Shown piece by piece: positions 52,501 to 62,359 of a stretch of 64,000 nt of DNA. The notes below the pieces were generated by a model. That model saw only the letters and a program-made list of their open reading frames with translations. It did not search any database and was not told the DNA's origin. The number at the start of each line of letters is the position of its first letter. Position 1 is the first letter of the stretch. A program made the position numbers and the translations under genes. The stretch is taken from contig OZ316895.1 of the NCBI GenBank assembly GCA_973895155.1, forward strand, positions 9,164,184 through 9,228,183, given 5' to 3'. This DNA is from Marsupella aquatica. Lineage: Eukaryota > Plantae > Marchantiophyta.

Positions 52501-53438
52501 CACGCGGGTTTCATCTACCTTCCAACACGACTTAAACCATCTCTGCTAGACAGAAAAGTTCCTAAATGGAATGTCCCTGACCACACTTTGTCCACATCTT
52601 TCTTTCGTGGAATGGACCCATTTTTATCTGATGACGGAATGCTGGCCATTTTACATAATGGGGAATACGATCCGATGTCTCAGGTTATATCGGCTTATCA
52701 AGATTCAAAGAAGTTTCATTGCATCTCGTCACACAATGTTGTCATGTCAGTTCCAATGTACGTGCCGAAGACTGATCGACAGGTAAATTTCTCATCGTGA
52801 CATCTGGTTTGCCGTTAAAAAATTGTCTACAAATGCATCCATTGACATACCTTGCTTGGGTTATATTACAGATCTTCACGCTGAGGCTGGACGTCTTCTC
52901 CCGAGTGTCTGAAAAAGGGAAGGTGCCAAAATACTCGAGGTTTAGACCTCTGTCTGCCACCGAAGATCCCTCAATAACAAATTTAATTGGACTTCCCTCT
53001 CTCAAAGTTGATCCAACACCTGAGATGGAATTTGCTGGAAATGCCCGATTGTCTGTTGGATTCATGCAATCTGTGATTGAGCTCATCACTCATCCTAGGG
53101 ATATTTTCATGGATTGGACAGTGGGGTCGGACAGCTCTTTTGTAGTTGGAGACTATTCTGGGAGGTTTGTAATTGGAGTGGAGAATAGGAAAGATTTCGT
53201 TGAGACTGGTTCCAAGGTGTTCTTAGATCTACTTTCTCCAAAGGAGGTCGAAACTTTGCCACCCCCAATTCAGCCACCCGAAAAGAAAAAGTGGGACAAG
53301 CTCCGTTCTGTACTCAATTTTGACTCTGACAATGAGTCAAGTGGTGGTACAGCAGACGAAGATGAGGATGGCACACCTGAGGGGAAGGGTCAGGAACAAT
53401 CCGCTAGCCAGAGTGACAGCGATGACTCTTCCGAGTAA
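49595..53438 (+). pseudogene. ParB/Srx-like domain + beta-class N6A/N4C DNA-methyltransferase-like fold protein, ~1110 aa, 4 exons, 1-bp frameshift
   Basis: Exons 49595-50331, 50465-51797, 52079-52782, 52872-53438 with frame-preserving GT-AG introns; one T missing in the run at ~51267-51271. RIPLCRL..VRTL..FCSMGY..FSVFDENHRL (ParB-like); GFIYLPTRL..PKWN..FLSDDGMLAILH and ELITHPRDIFMDWTVGSDSS..SGRFVIGVE (MTase-like). Confidence 0.72.
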
Positions 53439-53481
53439 TGTTCTGAAACTCGTAAGCTTACTTCTCCTTTCCAGTTCCTTC

Positions 53482-53835
53482 ATGCCTTTGTGATATCCAT
53501 TCATACAATCGGTTGACGAACTTCTGTTCTCACCCAGGTCCAAATGGAATACGAGAAGACGCTTCAAACTCAGAAGAAAGGTAGCTCGTTTTGAAATTGT
53601 CACTCCGGAGAAACCATTTGTGTTACCCTCTTACGCTGAGAATGCTGCAAGAATGGAAGACAATCAGAGGACTCTTTGTTGGGAAAACAAAGGTCTCCGG
53701 CTACGAAGAGGAGTTGATAGAAAATTTGTCCGAAATCCTTATGTAGACGACGTTTGTAGGAGCAAGTATGTAGATGACGAGGCGGTCTCTACCGAGAGGT
53801 CACAGAGCTCCGAATCGGAATCGTCCGATTCTTAA
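53482..53835 (+). pseudogene. Possible small accessory ORF (~117 codons, one early TGA) in the Mutator-like element
   Basis: ATG at 53482 is in frame with 53620-53835; basic N-terminus, NPYVDD/KYVDDEA repeat, Ser/acidic tail; followed by palindromes. Confidence 0.35.
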
Positions 53836-54251
53836 AGAGTTTTTTCGGCTTACATTTTACCAGCGCCGGGCGCTGTTATCTTAATCCATTTATTTATCAT
53901 ATTAGATATGATTTGTTTACATTACATTGATAATAAAATGGATTAAATTCCTCATTTCCCTTACTAGCACCGGGCGCTCCCCAAACGTCTATTTTTCTAC
54001 TTGCAAATTTTGAATCCTCCGTCCGTTCCTTGGCCCCGCATATTTTGTCGCTACCGGAACAGTCGTCTCTTTCTCAACGGTCCTTTTTGCGTTGAACCTT
54101 TCTGTGATACGTTTTTTCTGATCTCCGAACCTAAACTCTCCATTGGGTCACTCTTGCAAGTTATTTCAAACACAACCTCTCTCGAAGTCGAGTCATTTCA
54201 ACACCACCGGTCTTGTCATTACCCTCGATTGCGTTTATCAGTGCCCACCAG

Positions 54252-54722
54252 ATGGAGAAGAAGGAGATCATGTCTTTGGAGGAGATGCTTGCCTTCTTTG
54301 CTCCTTCCAGAGTTCGACCAGACGAGAGTCACTTTAGCTCCTTCGAGTCCATTCATGGTGACACATCCAGCGAGACCTCGACCTTCCGGAATCATTTTTC
54401 TCTTCCTTATGATGAGGCAATTAGTCTTGGGGAGAGGAACTTACCTTGGATTAACGACCGGGACACTCCGCTCGCAGTGGTTGATCATTTTTTGTTTCAT
54501 TCTCTCGTTCCTGCTGATGGTATTCAGCCTATTGAGCTACGAGTACAAGAGCGACTGGGACGTGTTGACTTCCTAGATACAAATGTTCCAGACCCCGGGA
54601 ATCAGAGTCCGGAGTTTTGGCGCCCCTCGTCTTCTTATGTGCGTCTCAAGGGTCTAGGTTTCAAGCAAAACCACAGACATGCTAGGGCGGGCATCGACGA
54701 CGACTGCCAATCGCAGAGCTAA
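54252..54722 (+). CDS. Possible small accessory ORF (156 aa) of unknown function in the Mutator-like element
   Basis: MEKKEIMSLEEMLAFF... open frame lying between palindrome clusters at 53861/53965 and 54789. Confidence 0.35.
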   Translation: MEKKEIMSLEEMLAFFAPSRVRPDESHFSSFESIHGDTSSETSTFRNHFSLPYDEAISLGERNLPWINDRDTPLAVVDHFLFHSLVPADGIQPIELRVQERLGRVDFLDTNVPDPGNQSPEFWRPSSSYVRLKGLGFKQNHRHARAGIDDDCQSQS

Positions 54723-55736
54723 AGTTAATCACGACGGAGATGGTTTTAGTGACACAAGCTTCAGTGGCCATAGGCTTTCCATTTAAGCTAGCGCCGAGCG
54801 CTGCTTTTGTTCGTCTTGGACCGTGGGATTTCTTCTATGGGTGATTCTAAGTTCATGTATTTCCGGCTCCATCTTTGGCCCATTTTGGATCAGCGGCCCT
54901 GTTATGTGCGGCTCAGGCTGAGATAAAGCACATACGGGCCAGGGCAGGCTACATTTAAGATAGCTAGATTTTAGCTAGCGCCGAGCGCTACTTATGTTCA
55001 TGTTATGCCGTGGGTTGATTTGAAGATGATCTGCGGATGGTGTAATACCGGTTATATGTTTTGACCAATTTTGGAATTAAGGAATGCACTTTTGGATCGG
55101 CTCTCTTGTTCTTTCATGGTCATTCATTGATTCCTAGATTTGAGCTAGCGCCGAGCGCTGCCTATGGTCATTGTGTTCTGTGTTTAGACGTCGAGTTCTT
55201 GAGGTCTGACATTTAATGTAGCGCCCATCGCTGAAAATATTCAACGTCTGCCATTGCCTCTCTTTGTTGGAAATGCTTCAAATTGAGTTTCCTATGTTCA
55301 CTTCTCGATTGATGTGACGGACAATCTCTTCCAGCATACTAGCGCTGGGCGCTGCTAATATCCGCATGTTTTGGCAACGCCTTTTTCTAATGGTCGTTAA
55401 GTTTATTGTTCTCTTCTCGATTGACGTTACGTAGAATCTCCATCTTAGTCGTTATTTTATGAATACCTAAATTTTTGCCCTTCCCTGCCGGCATACTATC
55501 GTTGTGCAATGGCCATCACCAGTTTTTGGCAACACCTTTATTCTAATGGCCCCTACTTTCCTTGACAATTGGATGGTGGTATTGAAAACGACTGAACATG
55601 GGGTTTATTGATGGTGTTTTTTTAACGTCTTGACCAAATAATGGAGCTCAATCCCATGTTCTTTTTTCCATTTCTCCTGGTAACAGTAACTGTTTGCTGT
55701 TACTGTTTCCTGGTTCCTGTCGTTTGTAAATACCCC

Positions 55737-58700
55737 GTTGTGCTATCCATAACCGATGAGTAAGTTTCATCATAACAAATTCCCTGTTGTTGGGTAAATC
55801 CTTTCCCTACCAGACGTGCTTTGTAGCGTACAACCTGGCCTTTATCATTTCTTTTGCGGACGAAGGTCCACTTGTAGCCAATGAGGTATATGTCTTGCGG
55901 TGTTGGCTCAACTGGGCCAAAAGTGTGTCTGCTTAGTAGGGAATCTAATTCTCCGTTGATAGCTTTTTGCCATTCAAGCCAATCTGGTCTATTTTGGCAT
56001 TCTAAGATGGAGAGTGGTTCAGGTGTATCATCATTGATATGGGTTGTCACCATTAATGCAAAAGTATCATCTATTGAAGTAGTATTTCTATCCCACATAG
56101 CACCTGTGTGTGCGTAGTGGATAGAGATCTCTTCATGAGTTGTAGAGTCAGTATGATCGACATCAGGTGAAGGAGGGATAGATGAACCACGCCTTCTTGG
56201 TTGTTTATCTTTTGATCCCAAGGATCTGCCACGTTTGGCACGAGGCTGGGGTGTACTTGCTGGCTCACTTGATAATTCGATGCGAGCGGATGCTCTCGCA
56301 GCTGGAATATGTGAGCGGGTAACTTGTGATGTATCGACAAAAGCGTCGGGAAGTTCTTCCACAATCTTGTGGAGTTGCAAAATTGGCTGAACTTCTTTCT
56401 CCCCCTGATTGGTTCTAAGGTCTTGCCAAAATGGCGAATGTCTTTCCCACTCCAAAGGTGGTTGTGGGTGTTCAGGGGTTATTAATGATGGATAAACATG
56501 TTCATCAAAATGGCAATCTAGAAATCTGGATTTAAAAATGTCACCCGTTGTAGGCTCCATATATCTGATGATGGACGGTGAGTCGAATCCGATATATATC
56601 TCCAACTGTCGTTGGGGTCCCATCTTGGTTTGTTTGGGTGGAGTAATGGGGACCATTACTTGACATCCAAATGAACAAAGATGGGATAGTTCGGGTTTGA
56701 TAATGTTAGCAATTTGGTATGGGCTATAGGTATTAAAAGCTGATGGGTGGTATTGAATTAATGCATTAGCCTATAATATGGCATGTCCCCATGCTGATAC
56801 GAGGAGTTTCGACTACATTAGTAGCGGGCGTGCAATTAGCTGAAGGTGTTTAATGACAGCTTCAGCTAGTCCATTTTGGAAATGCACATGGGGTACAGGA
56901 TATTGTACGTCAATGCCAAGTGATGTACAAAAGTCGTCAAATATTTTAGATGTGAATTCTCTTGCATTGTCCACCCTTGGCCTCATTCACAATTGGAGGA
57001 CCCAAAAGGAACGTCACACTCAAAAATGACCATAGTTTATTATGCTTTAGGACATCATTTGTAAGGTGTAATGAGATGATATGCAAAATTTGATGTGCTA
57101 TACTTAATAAACATCCTGTAGGTTGGTAACATTAATTAAACTATCTAGTATTTGAGACTTTGAAGCTTTCCTTATATGTCCTTCAAAGATCGATAAAAGG
57201 ACTTGTCACGCAACGAGTCACATCATTTCAGGACTCGAAAGGACTCTAAAACTTGCATTTTAGACAATGAAATTTTACCAAGGCATGCATACTAATAGAA
57301 TAATCTTATATTTTAAAACTCAAATATTGACACACACTAAACCTTTATGTACAGGACAAAAATAATCAATAATTTTGGCTTATTTAGGGCCATCAATAAT
57401 AGGATCCCTTAAAAAAGTTAAAAACTTGATTTATCTACATGGTGAGGTAGGTTACACCATGTAAAATAGTCTTGTGAAAAAATTAGACTTAAATGTCTTG
57501 AGATAAAATCATGATGAAGCTTTTTGCATGTTACGAAAGTCATTTTTCACTAAAAAAACATGTTTTTGAGTCCTGAAAGTGGTTCCTGTGAGGTACACCC
57601 AATTGTAAATGAGGCCCCTTAGTGTCTTAATGGGGTGATCTGGGAATTGTGCCTTCACGCACAATATTTGCGCCAGGATGCGAGGCATAACCATGTTCCT
57701 CGTTGAAAGTAGGGTCACATTTGACCATTTAGTTGATGCGTCGATTAATACCATAAAGTAGCGGAAAGGTCCGCTCGGTGGGTTAATTGGCCCGCAAACG
57801 TCCGCATGTATGATTTCCAAGAATTTTGGTATCTTGGTTGGCAATTTTGATACCGTGGGCCTTGTTATTAATTTGCCGCGTGAGCATGCAGTGCATGGGG
57901 TGCTAGCTAGAATGTGGCGTATATTGGTTGGAATGCCTCTTGAATTCTTAATGATTTTTCTTAGCATGGATTGGCCGGGGTGGCCGAGGCATGCATGCCA
58001 AAGCGCGGGCAATTCGCTTGGTTGTGCATTGTTATGCAAACATTCAATTTGAGTTACATAAAACCCGCATGGGTACGAGAAAAGTGTTTCTTTAATGATT
58101 TTCCCCGTAGGGGTATTTTCAACCAAGTGGATTATTTCCTGGTCTCTTGTATCGCTTGTCTGGACGTGGAGTCCATTTGCTCGTATATCTCTAAAATTGA
58201 GGAGATTACGGGTTGCATTCAGGGCGAAGATAGCAGATTCTATGTGGATTTCTGTACCCTACGGGAGTCTAATAGAAGCTGGGCCGAAGGCCTCTTCTAT
58301 TTGGCTAGGACCATTGATAGTGGTCAGTGATCTACGTGAGGGTGTTATCTTGTAGAAAATGTGTCTATCCCGGAGGATAGTATGCGTAGTCGCACTATCT
58401 ATAATGCATGTGCTAGGGCTATTTAAGTCTGGGGTTGTGGATCTGCCCGCCACTAAATGTGCCTCGGGTTGCACAGGTGTATCTGGAAAGTCTTGAAATA
58501 GGTCGTTGGACTCCATAAACGACCCGTGGGTCTCACGGGGTGGTGCCCTAGAGGTTTGTCCATCCTTGAGGGACTATTGATATAGGTCTCTAAGGTGTTG
58601 CTGGATTCTGCAGTTTCTTGCTAGGTGGTTATCATGCCGCATTCATGGCATTTTGGGCGTTCCCGTTGTTATCGGGATTGTGACCAATCATTTCTTCGAT

Positions 58701-59470
58701 TGTTGTTATATGTTCTCCCACCGCCGCGTCCGCCAAGGGGCCGTCGGAAATTAAGTTGTGGGCGTTGGTTAAAGGTTGCCATTCCTGGTGCGCTTCATAC
58801 CCTACCTTGATGTGGAGGGTTCAGCGTTTTCTATATTATGGGTTTCACTCGGTGGTCCTGGGGTTAGTGTACCCGCAGGGCATTTTCTAGAGTTAACTAA
58901 AAGAAGCTCTTGGTTTTGTTCTGTTACTAGGAGGTGGGCGATGAGCTCTGAGTATTGCCCGAACTTCATGTTCCGGTACTGAGTTGATAGTAACATGTTA
59001 GAAGAGTGAAACGTGGACAAGGTCTTTTCTAGCAAGTCCTTGTCGGCGACTGGCTCGCCACAGAGTGTAAGGGTTGAAGTGATTCTGAATAGCTCACTAT
59101 TGTAGGTTGAAATGGATGTAAAATCCTGGACCCGTAGGTTTAGCCATTCTTGCCTGGCTCTAGATAGTTCGACCAATTTTTGATGGTCGAATCGGGTCTG
59201 AAGCGTTGTCCATAGTTCGTGAGGGGTTGAGAGATGCATGTATTGTCTTTGCAAGAACCTATGGATATGGCGTCTAAGAAATACTAGGGCCTTGGATTCA
59301 TTGGCTTTGGTTAACGGGTCTGGTTGGGGTTCGCCAGCTAGTATGGGTTGAGCGATCCCTATAGCGGGGAGTAAGGTTAAGGAGGTCAGGTTCTCGTTCA
59401 TGGACCACTCAACGTAATTGTTACCATCGATTTCTAAAGCTGGGAAAGTCAATTTCTCCAGGTTGGCCAT
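55737..59470 (-). pseudogene. Copia B gag-protease-integrase-RT N-terminal portion
   Basis: MANLEKLTFPALEIDGNNYVEW (Bianca-type gag), CIIDSATTHTIL (PR), LWHACLGHPG..CTAC, HADVCGP (INT), GYKWTFVRK..RYKARLVGKGF (RT). Confidence 0.92.
56979..57616. mobile_element. TIR non-autonomous element (PIF/Harbinger-like MITE), 638 bp
   Basis: TIRs GGCCTCATTCACAATTGG / CCAATTGTAAATGAGGCC; CCTT (or CTT) duplicated at the copia integrase KTLR/VDN site; AT-rich non-coding interior. Confidence 0.8.
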
Positions 59471-62359
59471 CGGGGTGGTGGCTATGTTCCTTTTAATGGT
59501 GATTGGGGCTTATGTTCTAGTAAGTATAGTAAAAATCGACAAAGCACATTTATGCGGCATGTAAAGTGGGACTGCGTGCAGAGAGCATGCAAATCTGGAA
59601 TTCAATTTTAGGGTTTGCACTTAGGATTTAGGTTTTCCTTGTTATTTGGTTAATTGCAAAGTTTCCTTTGTATTTGCTCTTTCCTTTGTTGAATTGTGCA
59701 GTAATGGAGTTTTGCAGTTTGTGCAATTATGGGTGATTATATACTCGTGCCCTGGTTAAGTGCACATGCAGCTTTGTAAAGTTAAGTTTTCTTGTTACGG
59801 TGTGCAGTTATGGAGGTTTTGTGGTTATTTGCATTTAGATGGTTAATTGCATAATTTTCTTTGTATGCAGAAATTTCTTTGATGGATTGTGCAGTTAGAG
59901 AGGGTTTTGGACTTAGCCACGTTTTCGCTGTTTTGTTGCATTTTTTTCGGTTTTTCTTCTTGGGGAGGTGCTCCGCGCGCGCCTCACGGCTTCACCTTCG
60001 CTTCGTGTCGAATTGGATCCCCCCAATCCACATCCTGCTTTTCTCGTCAACGGTGTTGTGCTCAGGCATGAATTCTTATCTCAATCATTCTCGAAAGTAA
60101 GTTGTGACAGCATCAACAGTTTTTGACTTCAGATTTAGATTTCTACTCGCTCTTTCTTCTCATTTCACAATGTCTTCTTCCCTCTGACTTGATCATTTTC
60201 CCTCTTTTCGATTCCACTCATTTATGCTGTCGATCGCGCTGTGTGACAGGGGGTTCAATTTCCTCTTCTCCTGATCAATTGCTGAATGTTCTCATTTTTG
60301 TATGCTTTCATTTTCCTTCGCTTCCTATATTCAATTTTCTTTTCGTTTCTCTCTTCGGCTTCACTGTAGGATCAATCTGTGCGATTCCATTTCGCCTTGA
60401 GGTGTTTTCTTCCTTAATTGTACCCTCGGATCAATCTCTTTGATCTTTTTATGTAGTTTCTTCTGCTTTCTAGTCGCTCTTTCTTTCAATCAGTGAATTG
60501 ACTTATTGCTGCCATTCTTCTTTGAATAAGTCCGAATCCCTTGCTGCTTTGTATGGCCTTTTGATTTCCTTTTCTTTGAATTTTCTTCTCTCTCCTTTGA
60601 AATCTGCCTACAATTATCGTGTAATTTTGATTTGATATTTCAGCCCTTCGGTCCTTATCATTCCTCGCCCGATTCTATGTGAGAGCTATCCACGTTTGAT
60701 TCAATTCTTCAACATTCAATTCAATCCTGGCCTTCTCCTAAAAAAAAAAATTGCTAGTGAAGAGCTTCGTGCTGATAATGTGTAGGAATGTAAATGCCAA
60801 TAACCGTGTATAGAGTCTTGAATGGTGTGTACATATAGTTGTGTCGGGTGACCGACTGGTTTGGTCAACGGGTAAAGTCGGGTAGAGTCTAACAAGATTT
60901 CATTTACAAATGAAACCTTGCACTTAACAAGGGTCTGCACTAAAAGTCATTTTAGAAAACATAAAATTCACTCTCATTTACAAATACCTAAACCTAAACA
61001 ACAACCTAAACCTAAACCTAGCTAGCCACATTTAGGGTTAACAAGAAGGAACCTTCCTTGAAATTTTGTTTTTCATTTATTAATGAAGCCACGAAAGACC
61101 CCATGGCAGGGGGACACCGCAAACAACACCAAAAGAACTAGAAGTAGTCGTGCCCCACATAAAGGACAGCCAGTGAAGCAAACCGTGTTTGCCAAAAATC
61201 GGCGACCAGTGCCAGCAACAAGCCGAGCATGCCATGCGCGACCAGAATTCAGGGGCCAATATCTAGCAAGGCGAACTACCAACTAAACTAAGCTCTCATA
61301 TGCCTGGGCCAGCAGCCAGAAACCAGGGGCCAATACTGAGCACGGCAGACTAATAGCTATAAAGTTATCACATATGTCCACGCTGACAGTCATGAGCCAA
61401 GGCATCAATAGACTACATCCATGAGGTCCAAAGATGGCCTCAGCCAGACGTGATCCACACCTGACGGCTATTCAGTCACACAACTCGCTCTTGATTAATA
61501 AGTTCTTTGACATGCATCATTCTGGTGCGACGCCTGCCCAATGGCAAGCTCACCTTAGATCTTAATAAATGAAAGCTTAAAAACCAAAAACGAAAAAGAC
61601 AAAAATCACACATTTTGATTTCTAGAAAGCGTACATAACTCACAACCATCATTAAACGAGACGCACAAAACTTGTCACCAGCATTAAACAAAATCATTTT
61701 ATCTTCTTGAATACATTATTACATACACTAGACAAAAACCTACCACCAGGCCTAACCCTAACTCTAAACCCCAGACCCCGCTCTAGACCTAACCCTAACC
61801 CTAGAACCATGGCATCAATAGAAAAACTAAACTTTCTCCCCTTAACCATTGAGGGGGAGAATTACCTATCATTGTCCCTAGATGGAAAGCAAATCTCATA
61901 TCCAAAGACATCCACGATACAATCACCAGTGACCAAGGGACCACAATACAGTAGAAAGCGAAAGCCTTAGTGTTCACATAACATCATTTAGTAGAACCCC
62001 TAAAACTTCAATACTTAAACAAAGAGAACCCTAAAAGCCTTTGGAAACAATTAAAGGATAGGTTTGACCATACCAAGACTATCCACCTCCCCAGAGCCCG
62101 ACATGATTGGGTCAACCTTAGAGTTCAGGACCACACCTCTATAGCAAACTACAACAACAAACTCTTTAGGATGATGTCATAGTTGGCCCTGTGCGGCCAG
62201 CTTGTAAATGATGAAGAGCAAATAGAGAAGACACTCTACGTTTCACTTCAATAACATGATATTGTCATCACAGTACAGGAACATGAAGTTCACCAAGTAC
62301 TCTGAACTCATAGTCCACATGTTACTCGCTGAGAGACATCAAGAGTTGCTATTGAAGAA

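Larger units (their letters stand above)
44651..55354. repeat. ~22 dispersed copies of palindrome (T/C)AGCGCCNGGCGCT(A/G)
   Basis: Starts at 44651, 44770, 46451, 46556, 46621, 48930, 48994, 49055, 49202, 49264, 50417, 51823, 51866, 51909, 52010, 53861, 53965, 54789, 54976, 55146, 55219, 55340. Confidence 0.92.
44166..55736. mobile_element. Mutator-like (MULE) DNA transposon, 11.57 kb, with transposase and ParB-like/methyltransferase-like cargo gene
   Basis: Inserted in copia B RT (MDSTT/FRY) with 8-bp TSD GTTGTGTT/GTTGTGCT. Ends GGGTATAGCAGTGGAGACAGGAAACAGGAAACA and (rc) GGGGTATTTACAAACGACAGGAACCAGGAAACA; subterminal CTGTTACCAG/CTGGTAACAG repeats. Confidence 0.9.
42271..60894 (-). mobile_element. 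Ty1/copia element B, Bianca-like, full-length but interrupted by the Mutator-like element and a MITE
   Basis: 114-bp LTRs at 42271-42384 and 60781-60894 (6 differences seen); TSD AGGTT/AGATT; minus-strand PBS CATTATCAGCACG (60768-60780); PPT at 42385-42394. Confidence 0.93.

Noticed and set aside
44651-55354. Dispersed palindromes as CRISPR repeats, REP elements or terminators
   Set aside because: Spacing is irregular, the motif is only 13-15 bp, there are no U-tracts, and the context is a spliced eukaryotic transposon.
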